Below are positions 21,353 through 32,214 of a stretch of DNA of 64,000 nucleotides, piece by piece (position 1 is the first letter of the stretch; each line of letters starts with the position of its first letter). The DNA is from Methanothermococcus sp. Ax23 (GTDB lineage: Archaea > AGJL01 > Methanococci > Methanococcales > Methanococcaceae). The notes below the pieces were generated by a model, which saw nothing but the letters and a program-made list of their open reading frames with translations, had not been told where the DNA came from and ran no database searches. Position numbers and translations under genes: made by a program. Location: positions 448,001-512,000 of the forward strand of contig NZ_CP157522.1 in NCBI RefSeq assembly GCF_049075655.1. Reading direction: 5' to 3'.

Positions 21353-22378
21353 TTAAAATCCCACATATATCATAATAGCTGCAATAATTAGGAGAATAAA
21401 CCACGTCAATATTGCAAAAATTGTTAATTTTTTCGCTTCTTCTTTTTTCCACCATCTATATGGCGAAATACCATAGAGGGCAAAAATAACACTTGAAGAT
21501 AGATTCACACAGATGATATTTATCAAAAATAACATCAATATTGGAATAGATTCAATAAAATACCCTGCTCCAAAAGTCAATCCAAAAGCTACCAAAGGGG
21601 GCAATAATGCAACTGCTATCATCACACCTACAACAACAGATGATATACCGGAAACTGTGGATAACGCCCCAACAATACCTGCACATAATGCTATTATAAT
21701 ATCTGCCACCCCTAAATTCATCCTCGATACTATTTGTGGATTTTTTAGAGATATTGGGAGAATATGTCCTAAAAAAACTGAAAGTAATATCACCAATCCA
21801 ATACCTAAAAACAAATTTTTTAGAGATTTTTTTGCCAACTCTTTGTCGGCAATTGACATAGAAAAGGATAACGCTATATTCGGGCTTAAAAGAGGGGCTA
21901 TAATCATAGATGCTATAATAATTGCAACATCGTCTTTCCATATGCCTATCGCTGCAACAATTGTGGATAATATTATCATTAAATAATATTCTTTTGGAGC
22001 ATATATTATCTCTGATACTTTATTATATATTTCCTGACGGCTCAGCCTCTCCAATTCTTGAATATTCCCTTTTATGGAGTTATTTTCAATACCCTCACCA
22101 ATTATTTCTTTTTCCTCTTTTTCTACTTTTTCCGTTATCTCAGGAATTGTGCTTTTAGGTTCAAAAACGATAATCCTAAATTTAGAACCTCCATATTCTT
22201 TATTCAGTTTATCCACTATCACTTCGGTGTTTTTTAATGTTGTGAGTATCTTTATAACCATAGAATTGTTTATCTCTTCCACATTATGCCATATAATGTC
22301 TTCATAATCCCCCAAAATTTTATCCATGCCTACAAAAATATGTTTTGGAATATAACACTCTATATATCTTAACTTCAA
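21353..22378 (-). CDS. TIGR00341/DUF389-type membrane protein
   Basis: IIIASMIIAPLL.P and VGVMIAVALLPP motifs; TTG start after AGGGGA. Confidence 0.88.
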   Translation of the reverse strand: MKLRYIECYIPKHIFVGMDKILGDYEDIIWHNVEEINNSMVIKILTTLKNTEVIVDKLNKEYGGSKFRIIVFEPKSTIPEITEKVEKEEKEIIGEGIENNSIKGNIQELERLSRQEIYNKVSEIIYAPKEYYLMIILSTIVAAIGIWKDDVAIIIASMIIAPLLSPNIALSFSMSIADKELAKKSLKNLFLGIGLVILLSVFLGHILPISLKNPQIVSRMNLGVADIIIALCAGIVGALSTVSGISSVVVGVMIAVALLPPLVAFGLTFGAGYFIESIPILMLFLINIICVNLSSSVIFALYGISPYRWWKKEEAKKLTIFAILTWFILLIIAAIMIYVGF

Positions 22379-22461
22379 AATATCCCCTTAATTATTTTAT
22401 AAATTTTAAGATGGTTATTGTATATGATATTATTTATAAAATATATAAATATATGGTTAAA

Positions 22462-22476
22462 CGAAAAGTTTATATA
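22462..22476 (+). promoter_or_regulatory. Strong BRE-TATA promoter of the tRNA-Arg/tRNA-Glu unit
   Basis: CGAAAAGTTTATATA, consensus methanococcal stable-RNA promoter. Confidence 0.8.
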
Positions 22477-22517
22477 GTAGAATATCTATTTTAGAGTATG
22501 CTCTGGTAAGTTAGAGT

Positions 22518-22592
22518 GGGCCCGTGGCCTAGTCTGGATACGGCACCGGCCTTCTAAGCCGGGGATCGGGGGTTCAAATCCCTCCGGGTCCG
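22518..22592 (+). tRNA. tRNA-Arg (anticodon TCT)
   Basis: Acceptor GGGCCCG/CGGGTCC, anticodon arm CCGGC-CTTCTAA-GCCGG, T-loop GGTTCAAATCC. Confidence 0.97.
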
Positions 22593-22602
22593 CTAATATA
22601 TA

Positions 22603-22683
22603 GGTTCCATTCATCACTTCGTGATGAATGGATTTTGGATAGCAACCTTTTTTAAAGGTTGCGTTTAAATCCCTCCGGGTCCG
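22603..22683 (+). repeat. Duplicated tRNA-Arg 3' end interrupted by a double-hairpin element
   Basis: 22667-22683 equals 22576-22592; GGTTC at 22603-22607; hairpins TCCATTCATCAC-TTC-GTGATGAATGGA and GCAACCTT..AAGGTTGC lie between. Confidence 0.8.
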
Positions 22684-22719
22684 TTTAATTATTACAAATT
22701 TCGTTTTATATTATATAGT

Positions 22720-22794
22720 GCTCCAGTGGTGTAGTCCGGCCAATCATGCGGGCCTTTCGAGCCCGCGACTCGGGTTCAAATCCCGGCTGGAGCA
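22720..22794 (+). tRNA. tRNA-Glu (anticodon TTC)
   Basis: Acceptor GCTCCAG/CTGGAGC, anticodon arm CGGGC-CTTTCGA-GCCCG, GGTTCAAATCC. Confidence 0.97.
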
Positions 22795-23072
22795 TTTTTA
22801 TTTTATAAGGATATATTTATTAATTTATATATACGATTCTTTTGGATTCATCAGTCTATTTCCCAAAATATTGCCAACAAACACCATATTTATAATTCCA
22901 TGCTCACACAACACCATATTAAGGTATGACTATTTTTGAAAAAATATAAATATGATTGACATATAACTACATAAGAAAATAATTAAATATTTTTTATACA
23001 GGTATTGATAATTTACTTCATTTTTTATCGGTATTACATATATACTTTTTTTACAAACATAAGAGGGATAGC

Positions 23073-24776
23073 ATGGTAAAGATAACAGATACCACTTTTA
23101 GAGATGCACACCAGTCCTTAATGGCTACAAGATTGAGAACTGAAGATATGATACCAATTGCAGAAAAAATGGACGAAGTGGGCTTTTTTTCAATGGAAGT
23201 GTGGGGAGGAGCCACATTTGACGCCTGTATTAGATATTTAAATGAAGACCCTTGGGAGAGATTAAGGTCTCTGAGAAAGCGAATTCAAAATACTCCCTTG
23301 CAGATGCTTTTAAGAGGTCAAAATTTAGTAGGATATAGACATTATCCTGATGATATTGTAGAAAAGTTTGTTCAAAAATCCTATGAAAATGGAATAGAAA
23401 TATTCAGGATATTCGATGCATTAAATGATATGAGAAATGTGGAAATTCCAATAAAAGTTGCAAAAAAATGTGGAGCTCATGTTCAAGGTGCAATATCCTA
23501 TACCACAAGTCCTGTTCATACAATAGAGCAATTTGTAAATCTTGCAAAGGAGTTTGAAGAACTTGGATGTGATTCCATCTGTATAAAAGATATGGCCGGT
23601 CTCCTAAAACCTTATGAATCAAAAATACTTATAAATAGATTAAAAGAAGAAGTTTCAATCCCAATAGACCTTCACAGCCATTGCACAAGTGGAATTGCTC
23701 CACTTACATATTTAGCAGCAATTGAAGCTGGTGTTGATGTGGTAGATTGTGCAATGTCTCCGTTATCAATGGGAACGGCACAACCACCAGTTGAAAGTAT
23801 TGTAGCAGCATTAAAAGGGACCAAATTTGATACAAAATTGGACATGGAATTATTAAATGAAATTAGAGATTACTTTGATAAAATCAGAGAAAAATACAAG
23901 TATTTAATAAATCCAATCTCTGAAAGAGTAGATACAAGGATTTTATTATATCAAGTTCCTGGAGGTATGCTCTCAAACCTTGTTTCACAGTTGAAAGAAC
24001 AGGGAGCTCTGGATAAATTCGAAGAAGTTCTTAAAGAAATTCCAAATGTTAGAAAAGATTTGGGATATCCGCCGCTGGTAACTCCATCATCTCAAATAGT
24101 GGGAACTCAGGCTGTAATGAATGTATTAACGGAAGAAAGATACAAAATAATTACAAACGAAGTTGCAAATTATGTAAAAGGACTTTATGGAAAACCACCT
24201 GCTCCAATTAGTAAGGAGCTCGTGAAGAGAGTTCTTCAAGATGGTGAAAAACCTATTACATGCAGACCTGCTGATTTATTAAAGCCAGAATATGAAAAGG
24301 TAAAAGAAGAGGCTGAGAAAAAAGGTATAGTGTCAAAAGAAGAGGATATATTAACATATGCACTTTACCCACAGGTTGCAGTTAAGTTCCTAAGAGGAGA
24401 ATTGGAAGCTGAGGTAATACCTGAGGAAAAAGAAGTTTCTAAATTTATGGAAATTCCAACAGAATATATTATCGAAGTTGATGGGGAAGCATACGAAGTT
24501 AAAATTAACCCAAAATACGGAACTGAAATGAAGAAGAAAAAAGAGAAATTCACCGCAGAAACAGAAGGGGCAATATCGTCTCCATTTAGAGGAATGATTA
24601 CTAAAATAAAAGTTAAAGAAGGAGATGAAGTAAAACAGGGCGATGTAATTGTTATATTGGAGGCAATGAAGATGGAAAACCCTGTTGAAAGTCCAGTAGA
24701 TGGAAAGGTTGAAAAAATAATCGTTCATGAAGGGCAGTCCGTCAATGTGGGCGACATACTTATGATAATTAAATAG
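23073..24776 (+). CDS. pycB: Pyruvate carboxylase subunit B (carboxyltransferase plus biotin carrier)
   Basis: RDAHQSL, WGGATFD, QVPGGM, biotinylation EAMKM; adjacent to pycA. Confidence 0.96.
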   Translation: MVKITDTTFRDAHQSLMATRLRTEDMIPIAEKMDEVGFFSMEVWGGATFDACIRYLNEDPWERLRSLRKRIQNTPLQMLLRGQNLVGYRHYPDDIVEKFVQKSYENGIEIFRIFDALNDMRNVEIPIKVAKKCGAHVQGAISYTTSPVHTIEQFVNLAKEFEELGCDSICIKDMAGLLKPYESKILINRLKEEVSIPIDLHSHCTSGIAPLTYLAAIEAGVDVVDCAMSPLSMGTAQPPVESIVAALKGTKFDTKLDMELLNEIRDYFDKIREKYKYLINPISERVDTRILLYQVPGGMLSNLVSQLKEQGALDKFEEVLKEIPNVRKDLGYPPLVTPSSQIVGTQAVMNVLTEERYKIITNEVANYVKGLYGKPPAPISKELVKRVLQDGEKPITCRPADLLKPEYEKVKEEAEKKGIVSKEEDILTYALYPQVAVKFLRGELEAEVIPEEKEVSKFMEIPTEYIIEVDGEAYEVKINPKYGTEMKKKKEKFTAETEGAISSPFRGMITKIKVKEGDEVKQGDVIVILEAMKMENPVESPVDGKVEKIIVHEGQSVNVGDILMIIK

Positions 24777-24896
24777 ATAAATAATTAAAAATTATAGCTA
24801 AAATAACTACTCATTTATTAAATACTTATTAATTAAATACCCATTATCTATTTTATAAAGTAAAAACCATAAAAAATAATAAGCATGGGGATTATC

Positions 24897-26423
24897 ATGT
24901 TTAAAAAAGTATTAATAGCCAATAGAGGCGAAATTGCTGTTAGAATTATAAGGGCATGTCAAGAGCTCGGAATAAAAACTGTTGCAGTATATTCCGAGGC
25001 TGATGAACATTCACTATATACCACCCTTGCCGATGAATGTTATTGCATAGGACCACCACAGGCTTCAAAAAGCTATTTAAACATTGATAGAATCATGAAT
25101 ATTGCAGAAAAAACTGGGGCAGATGCTATACACCCAGGATATGGGTTCTTATCGGAAAACCCAAAACTTGCCGAAGCTTGCGAAGAGAGGGGTATTGTAT
25201 TTATAGGACCCCCAGTTGAGGCAATAGAATCCATGGGAAGTAAGATAAACGCAAAGAGAATAATGAAAGAGGCTGGTGTTCCGGTTTTACCAGGTAGAGA
25301 AGACCCAATAGAAGACCCTAATGAAGTAATAGAAGTTGCAGAGGAAATAGGCTACCCCGTCATAATCAAAGCCTCCGCAGGTGGTGGAGGTATGGGTATG
25401 GGTGTAGCATACAATAGACAGGAGCTCATAGAAACCATCGAATCCACAAAGTCAATAGCTCAAAGTGCATTTGGAGATTCCACAGTATTTATTGAAAAAT
25501 ACTTAGAAAAACCAAGGCATATTGAAATCCAGATTTTAGCGGATAAATATGGAAATGTAGTTCATTTAGGAGATAGGGAGTGTTCAATTCAAAGAAGGCA
25601 TCAAAAATTAGTTGAAGAGGCTCCTGCTCCAATAATGACAGAAGAATTAAGGGCAAGAATGGGAGAAGCCGCAGTAAAAGCTGCAAAGGCTATTAATTAT
25701 TACAGTGCTGGAACTGTGGAGTTTTTATACAGCAATGGAGAATTCTATTTCTTGGAGATGAACACGAGAGTTCAGGTAGAGCACCCAATTACTGAAATTA
25801 TTACAGGATGCGATATTGTAAAAGAGCAGATAAGAATAGCAGCAGGCGAGAAACTCTCCTTCACCCAGGAGGATGTGGAAATTAGAGGGCATGCCATAGA
25901 ATGTAGAATAAATGCAGAGGATGCGGTAAATGATTTTATACCATCTCCTGGAAAAATAAAACATTACAGGTCACCAGGAGGTCCTGGAATAAGGTTAGAC
26001 AGTGGAGTTTATGGCGGTGCAGAAATACCACCATATTACGATTCCCTTATAGCCAAACTTATAGCCTATGGAAAGGATAGAAACGAGGCAATAGCAAGAA
26101 TGAGGAGAGCTCTATCTGAATATATGATTATCGGTATAACCACCAACATTCCATTCCACAGAGCAGTTATGGAAGAGTCGGATTTTATAAAAGGAGATAT
26201 ATCTACACACTATATTGACGACCATGCGGAATATTTGAAAAATAAAGTAATTAAATATGCAATGGAAGCAAAAGACGACGAAAAAAGATACAGCGATAAA
26301 ATATTCCACGACGATAGAAAAATTGTGGCTCTTGCAGGAGGATTAAATGCCTACATTACAAGCATTGCAAGTAAAAATGTTGATAAATACGATAAAAAAT
26401 ACTCTGAGGACTATAAAGATTAA
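24897..26423 (+). CDS. pycA: Pyruvate carboxylase subunit A (biotin carboxylase)
   Basis: [47 protein letters not shown]. Confidence 0.96.
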   Translation: MFKKVLIANRGEIAVRIIRACQELGIKTVAVYSEADEHSLYTTLADECYCIGPPQASKSYLNIDRIMNIAEKTGADAIHPGYGFLSENPKLAEACEERGIVFIGPPVEAIESMGSKINAKRIMKEAGVPVLPGREDPIEDPNEVIEVAEEIGYPVIIKASAGGGGMGMGVAYNRQELIETIESTKSIAQSAFGDSTVFIEKYLEKPRHIEIQILADKYGNVVHLGDRECSIQRRHQKLVEEAPAPIMTEELRARMGEAAVKAAKAINYYSAGTVEFLYSNGEFYFLEMNTRVQVEHPITEIITGCDIVKEQIRIAAGEKLSFTQEDVEIRGHAIECRINAEDAVNDFIPSPGKIKHYRSPGGPGIRLDSGVYGGAEIPPYYDSLIAKLIAYGKDRNEAIARMRRALSEYMIIGITTNIPFHRAVMEESDFIKGDISTHYIDDHAEYLKNKVIKYAMEAKDDEKRYSDKIFHDDRKIVALAGGLNAYITSIASKNVDKYDKKYSEDYKD

Positions 26424-26604
26424 CTATAAAGATTAATTAACAATAATTATTTATTTTTTTATTTACAATTTCTTTTTTATGTGATGTTTTTTAATGTTTC
26501 TAAATGGATATTTTTATATATTCTTAATCTTATTTTATTATAATAATACATTATGATGGATAATTTATAATTTAAAATTGGAGTTTATAAGTGGTGATAA
26601 AAGG

Positions 26605-27906
26605 ATGACAATTGTTGATAGAGCTCATGAGTATCTTGAAAAAATTGAAAAATCAGACATAAATGCATACATACAAATTGATAAAGAGAGAGTTTTAAAA
26701 GAAGCGGAAGAGCTGGAAAAAAACGAGAAATTAAAAAACAAACCACTTTATGGAAAATTAATCGCTGTTAAATCAAATATAAATGTTAAAGGATACACAA
26801 TATCCTGTGCTTCAAAAACTCTTGAAAACTATGTGAGCTCCTACGATGCCACGGTGATTAAAAAGATAAAATCACAAGGGGGGCTTGTAATTGGAATGAC
26901 CAATATGGATGAGTTTGCAAGCGGAAGCAGTGGTGAAACATCCTATTACGGAGCTACAAAAAACCCAAACGCAGAAGGTAGAATTCCAGGAGGTAGTAGT
27001 TCAGGAAGTGCCGCCGCAGTAGCTGCTGATTTATGCGATATGGCACTTGGAAGCGATACAGGGGGAAGTATAAGAAACCCTGCATCACACTGTGGTGTTG
27101 TTGGATTTAAACCATCATACGGCGTAGTAAGCAGACAGGGATTATGCGACCTTGCAATGAGTTTTGACCAGATTGGACCTTTAACAAAAAGTGCAGAGGA
27201 TGCCCTTGTTTTAACAAATGTAATTAAAGGATTGGATATTTCAGACAGCACAACGGTAAATACTCCAAAATTCGAAAAGAAAGACATAGGAAATTATAAA
27301 ATCGGAATTGTAAAGGAATTCATGGAAGTTAGCGATGAAAAAATAAGAAACAAGATTGAAGAAGGTATCGAGGTATTTAAAGACCTTGGATGCGAAATTG
27401 TGGAATTAAGCTATAAATACACCGATTTGGCACTTCCTACATACTACTTAATAAATTATGTGGAGTTCTTCTCGGCAACAAGAAAATACGATGGAAGAAG
27501 ATATGGATATCCAATTGAGGAAGCGTGTGGTGAGGAAGTTTTAAGAAGAATTCTAATTGGAAAGCACATAAGTGAAAAAGAATTCAGCGGAAAATACTAT
27601 AAAAAAGCATTGCAGGCAAGAAGGTTAATGAAGATGGATATGTTAAAGCTCTTTAAGGAAGTTGATATCATTGCATCACCAACAGTTCCAAAACTTCCAC
27701 ACAAGATAGGGGAGGAGCTCACCCCAATGGAAATGTATGCCTACGATGTTTTAACAGTTCCTACAAATATCTGTGGAATATGTGCAGGAGTTGTTAAATG
27801 TGGAGATATAAACGGCATTCCAGTTGGATTGCAGATTCAAGGAAAGCCATTTGACGATGAAAAGGTATTAAGTGCTATGATTGAGTTAGACAAAATCACA
27901 AGGTGA
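26605..27906 (+). CDS. gatA: Glu-tRNA(Gln)/Asp-tRNA(Asn) amidotransferase subunit A
   Basis: Amidase signature GGSSSGSAAAV, GSDTGGSIRNPA; start at MTIV after GGTGAT RBS. Confidence 0.95.
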   Translation: MTIVDRAHEYLEKIEKSDINAYIQIDKERVLKEAEELEKNEKLKNKPLYGKLIAVKSNINVKGYTISCASKTLENYVSSYDATVIKKIKSQGGLVIGMTNMDEFASGSSGETSYYGATKNPNAEGRIPGGSSSGSAAAVAADLCDMALGSDTGGSIRNPASHCGVVGFKPSYGVVSRQGLCDLAMSFDQIGPLTKSAEDALVLTNVIKGLDISDSTTVNTPKFEKKDIGNYKIGIVKEFMEVSDEKIRNKIEEGIEVFKDLGCEIVELSYKYTDLALPTYYLINYVEFFSATRKYDGRRYGYPIEEACGEEVLRRILIGKHISEKEFSGKYYKKALQARRLMKMDMLKLFKEVDIIASPTVPKLPHKIGEELTPMEMYAYDVLTVPTNICGICAGVVKCGDINGIPVGLQIQGKPFDDEKVLSAMIELDKITR

Positions 27907-27936
27907 TTTTGTTGCTCGCTTGCGTAGCAAGCGATT
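27886..27936 (+). repeat. Double-hairpin mini-element, family A, overlapping the gatA 3' end
   Basis: TTAGACAAAATCAC-AAG-GTGATTTTGTTGC-TCGCTTGC-GTA-GCAAGCGA-TT. Confidence 0.85.
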
Positions 27937-28045
27937 CGAAAATAATTATTAAATTATATAAATTATTAAATTAATTGAAAATACCTATAATTTTTTTATA
28001 ACTATCATTACATCCTTTTTTTAGAAAAATTAAAAAGGCAAAAAC

Positions 28046-29212
28046 ATGACCATGAATGAAAAAGAGGTTTTGGATGCATTAAAAAAATATCGGGAAATGG
28101 ATTTAAAATATGAGGACGGCAGAATATTAGGTTCCATGTGCACAAAACCCCACCCCATTTCAAAAAAAATAAGTGAAATGTTCTTTGAAACTAATTTAGG
28201 AGACCCTGGGCTATTCAAAGGAACAAAAAAATTAGAGGACGAAGTAATACAAATGATGGGGAATTTTTTAAATAACAACAATCCATTTGGATATATAATA
28301 TCCGGTGGAACAGAGGCAAATATCACCGCCATGAGAACCATAAAAAATATTTCAAGAAAAAAAGGCAATAAAACCACTACGGTAATAATTCCTGAAACTG
28401 CACACTTTTCATTTGAAAAAGCAAGAGAAATGATGGATTTACAGTATATAAAGCCCCCATTGACCGATTACTATACAATGGATGTAAAATATATTAAAGA
28501 TTACATTGAAGATAATAAAAACAATAAAATAGATGCAATAGTTGGTATAGCAGGATGCACAGAACTGGGAACCATTGATAACATAAAGGCAATTTCAAAA
28601 CTGGCTGAGGAAAATAGCATATATCTTCATGTAGATGCCGCATTTGGTGGTTTTGTAATACCGTTTTTAGAGGATAAATATAAATTAAACAATTATAACT
28701 ATGAATTCGATTTTTCATTAAATGCCGTATCATCCATTACAATAGACCCACACAAAATGGGACTTGCACCAATTCCTGCTGGTGGGATACTATTTAGGGA
28801 CATTTCATTTAAAAAATATTTAGATGTTGAAGCGCCCTATTTAACGGATATTCATCAGGCAACACTAATTGGAACAAGAACAGGTATTGGCGTGGCATCC
28901 ACATGGGGCGTAATGAAACTTTTAGGGGAAGAAGGATATAAAAACATAGTATCCGAATGTATGGATAAAACCTATTACTTAATAAAAAAAGCAAAGGAGT
29001 ATGGATTTAAACCTGTAATAGACCCCGTTCTTAATATTGTGGCTTTGGAGGATGAAAATCCATCAGAAACATGTTTAAAACTTCGTGAAATAGGATGGTA
29101 TGTATCAATATGCAAATGTGTAGGAGCTCTCAGAATAATAGTGATGCCACATATAGAAAAAGAACATATTGATGAATTTGTAGAAGCTCTCGCGAGCGTT
29201 AAAAAGAATTAA
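28046..29212 (+). CDS. mfnA: L-tyrosine/L-aspartate decarboxylase (PLP)
   Basis: [39 protein letters not shown]. Confidence 0.95.
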   Translation: MTMNEKEVLDALKKYREMDLKYEDGRILGSMCTKPHPISKKISEMFFETNLGDPGLFKGTKKLEDEVIQMMGNFLNNNNPFGYIISGGTEANITAMRTIKNISRKKGNKTTTVIIPETAHFSFEKAREMMDLQYIKPPLTDYYTMDVKYIKDYIEDNKNNKIDAIVGIAGCTELGTIDNIKAISKLAEENSIYLHVDAAFGGFVIPFLEDKYKLNNYNYEFDFSLNAVSSITIDPHKMGLAPIPAGGILFRDISFKKYLDVEAPYLTDIHQATLIGTRTGIGVASTWGVMKLLGEEGYKNIVSECMDKTYYLIKKAKEYGFKPVIDPVLNIVALEDENPSETCLKLREIGWYVSICKCVGALRIIVMPHIEKEHIDEFVEALASVKKN

Positions 29213-29262
29213 TAAAAAAATTAAAATTAAAAAAATAATTTTTTTATTACTTATTATTTAAT

Positions 29263-29745
29263 TTATTCATTAAAGTATTCGTCGTATTCTCCGTTATCGA
29301 TTAATTTATGAACTTCCTTAGGGTCTTTACCATCAACAGTTACACCCAATGAAACACAGGTTCCAATTACTTCTTTTGCAGCATTTTTCAAGTTGTATGA
29401 TAACATTGATTCTCTTTTCATTTTTGCAATTTTCACTGCCTGCTCCATTGAGAGGTTGCCTACTATTTTATGTTTTGGTTCTGTTGAACCCTTGTCAAGC
29501 CCTAATTCTTTTTTTATGAGGGCTGATGTTGGTGGAATACCCACTTCTACTTCAAAGGATTTATCATCTGTATTTACAATTACTTTTACTGGAACGCTCA
29601 TTCCTTCATAATCCTTTGTTTTGTCGTTTATTTCCTTAACAACATTCATAATATTTACGCCAAGCGGTCCGATTGCTGGACCTAATGGTGGCCCTGCTGT
29701 TGCTTTTCCACCAGTTACTAATATCTCAACTATCTCAGTAGCCAT
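29263..29745 (-). CDS. rpl11: 50S ribosomal protein L11
   Basis: [18 protein letters not shown]; GAGGTGA RBS before MATE. Confidence 0.98.
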   Translation of the reverse strand: MATEIVEILVTGGKATAGPPLGPAIGPLGVNIMNVVKEINDKTKDYEGMSVPVKVIVNTDDKSFEVEVGIPPTSALIKKELGLDKGSTEPKHKIVGNLSMEQAVKIAKMKRESMLSYNLKNAAKEVIGTCVSLGVTVDGKDPKEVHKLIDNGEYDEYFNE

Positions 29746-29937
29746 TATATTCACCTCAATTTACATCGTGTTTATAAATTAAAACTTACATATTTAACTT
29801 TTTAATCTTATTGTCCATATCTGTATTTAAAACTTACTATGTATCTTTTAAAAAAAGATGCAATTATAAATAAATAATTACTAAATGATGATTACATTAA
29901 GGAGGGAATCATATATGATAATTTTTATGTGTTATAT

Positions 29938-30378
29938 TTAATGATTCTTAGATACAATTTTAACCTGTTCAATTCCAACAGTTATAGGAATAGGCACTGC
30001 GGCGTCCATTAACTCCAATGTTATTTCTTCTTTATGCTTATCTACTCTTGTGACTCTCGCCCTCTCTCCCTTAAATGGTCCTGCAACCAATTCTACTACA
30101 TCTCCCTTATCGATGCTTTCTATTATCTTTGTTGGAGCCAGTAGATGTTCCAATTCATCTATTGAAGTTTCACCAGGGACGATACCCTTTACTTTAAATG
30201 TTTTTCTTACCAAATCTTCAACTGCTCCTTTGTTTGGGGCTTCCACAAGAATATACCCCTTTAAATCTTCTGTTGCTAGTATAGAATATATTTCAATCTT
30301 TTCTTTTTCAGCCTTTGAGGCTAAAAACTCTGCAACATTTTTTTCTTGACCCGTAGTGGTTCTAACGGCAAAAATCAT
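29938..30378 (-). CDS. spt5: Transcription elongation factor Spt5 (NusG family)
   Basis: IFAVRTTTGQE, LKGYILVEA, KOW motif GDVVELVAGPFKG. Confidence 0.97.
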   Translation of the reverse strand: MIFAVRTTTGQEKNVAEFLASKAEKEKIEIYSILATEDLKGYILVEAPNKGAVEDLVRKTFKVKGIVPGETSIDELEHLLAPTKIIESIDKGDVVELVAGPFKGERARVTRVDKHKEEITLELMDAAVPIPITVGIEQVKIVSKNH

Positions 30379-30406
30379 AATATATCACCAGATTAAATGA
30401 TAAAAA

Positions 30407-30456
30407 TTAGACGAAAACCTTCGGTTTTCGTTTACTCGCTTATTTCGTAAGCGATT
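30407..30456 (+). repeat. Double-hairpin mini-element, family A
   Basis: TTAGACGAAAACC-TTC-GGTTTTCGTTTAC-TCGCTTAT-TTC-GTAAGCGA-TT. Confidence 0.85.
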
Positions 30457-30583
30457 AGAATAAAAACTTTTAAAATAGAATTAAAAAATCTTTAAAATAA
30501 ATAGTTGTTAATTATATATAATTTAATTTATTAAAAGAATCTATAAAATTTTATTAAAAAATGTTTGATATATTATATATATC

Positions 30584-30835
30584 TTATGGTTTTATGAGTC
30601 CTTTTAAATAAGTAATTGGTACATGTATTACAAAACCGATAGCACCAAGAAGGCATATTCCAAGACCTGTAACTTTGGATACATTCAAAAATTCATCCCT
30701 AGTAGGTTTTCTTGAAATCATCAACACTCGTTTACATTGATTTAAAAATGATTTCAATTCATCAAATTTAGCATTTATTTTTGCATTATTGATGTTATTA
30801 ATATTATTATTAGAATTTTTTTTCTCTTTTGCCAC
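30584..30835 (-). CDS. secE: Protein translocase subunit SecE (Sec61 gamma)
   Basis: KRVLMISRKPTRDEF..VSKVTGLG; conserved ftsZ-secE-spt5-rpl11 order. Confidence 0.95.
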   Translation of the reverse strand: MAKEKKNSNNNINNINNAKINAKFDELKSFLNQCKRVLMISRKPTRDEFLNVSKVTGLGICLLGAIGFVIHVPITYLKGLIKP

Positions 30836-30855
30836 GATACCCCTCTATATATTAA

Positions 30856-31947
30856 TTAAATTGTTGGAAGGTCAATAAACACTTTCTTAGTGCCCTTTGG
30901 AGAATTAAATGGAGTTATTCCAGAAGACTTCGTTCCGGTAATTATCAGCAATACTCTCAATACGTTCTCAGAATTTTCGTCAATTGTTGTTCCCCAAATT
31001 ATTTTTGCATTCTCATCCAATCTTTCTGAAACTGTTGAAACTATTTCTTTTGCTTCTTCAAGACTCATATCCTCAGGACCAGTTATATGCACTAATGCAC
31101 CAGAAGCCCCATCTACATCAACACATAGTAAAGGACTATTTAAAGCCATGTTTATAGCTTCTTTCGCCCTCTTCTCAGAATCACTTTCGCCAATTCCCAT
31201 CATTGCTATACCGCCATTGCTCATTACTGCCCTCACATCTGCGAAATCTACGTGTATGTCTCCAACATTCTGAACTAAATCTATCATTCCCTTTACCGAA
31301 TTTATTAAAACCTCATCTGCAACTTTAAACGCTGTCCTCAAAGGCATATTCGGAACTATCTCCAATAATTTATCATTTGGAATAATCACAATTGTGTCTG
31401 CTGCTTCTTTCAATTTATTCAGTCCAGTAATTGCATTATCCATCCTAACTTTTCCTTCCATTGAAAACGGCAGTGTAACTACTGCAACAGTTAATGCACC
31501 CATTTTTCTAGATATTTCTGCCACAATTGGGGCTGAACCAGTTCCTGTTCCTCCACCTAAACCGCATGTGATGAATACCATATCCGAATCTTGAAGTGCT
31601 TTTTTAACATCCTCAGCATTCTCTTTTGCGGATTCCTCACCCTTAGTTGGGTCTCCACCAGCACCCAATCCTCTTGTAAGATTTTTACCTATCAATACCT
31701 TTTCATCCGCTTTGGTTTTTATCAACTGCTGAGCATCAGTATTTATTGCTACGGTTTTTGCATCTTTGATTCCTTCAATTGTAAGCCTGTTTATAGCATT
31801 ATTTCCTGCACCGCCGCATCCTACTACGGTAATCCGAACTTTTGATTCTTTTATCAACTCCAAAAGTTCTCTATCAACATCGGAGAGATTCTGCATATCT
31901 TCATGCAATGGATCATCTTCAACCACTATATTCTTTAAGAATTTCAA
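30856..31947 (-). CDS. ftsZ: Cell division protein FtsZ
   Basis: VVGCGGAGNN, GLGGGTGTG tubulin signature; TTG start after GGAGGT. Confidence 0.98.
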   Translation of the reverse strand: MKFLKNIVVEDDPLHEDMQNLSDVDRELLELIKESKVRITVVGCGGAGNNAINRLTIEGIKDAKTVAINTDAQQLIKTKADEKVLIGKNLTRGLGAGGDPTKGEESAKENAEDVKKALQDSDMVFITCGLGGGTGTGSAPIVAEISRKMGALTVAVVTLPFSMEGKVRMDNAITGLNKLKEAADTIVIIPNDKLLEIVPNMPLRTAFKVADEVLINSVKGMIDLVQNVGDIHVDFADVRAVMSNGGIAMMGIGESDSEKRAKEAINMALNSPLLCVDVDGASGALVHITGPEDMSLEEAKEIVSTVSERLDENAKIIWGTTIDENSENVLRVLLIITGTKSSGITPFNSPKGTKKVFIDLPTI

Positions 31948-32214
31948 AGTATTACCTCCTAATGGTTATAACCTTATATACTTGATAATTATATTATGAC
32001 CATATCTTTAAGTAATTCATTAATTAAATAATTATAATATAAATAGGTATATTATTAATATAAATTAATATAATTAAGATATATACAAATAATAAATAAA
32101 CCAATCATTTTATTTTTAAGTTTATGATAATATAATAGACATATTAAATTTATAATTTACGATTTAATTATTATGTGTAATGGAATACACATTATTAAAC
32201 TTAACGGTGAAACT

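Noticed and set aside
22718-22939. 73-aa ORF
   Set aside because: Overlaps tRNA-Glu
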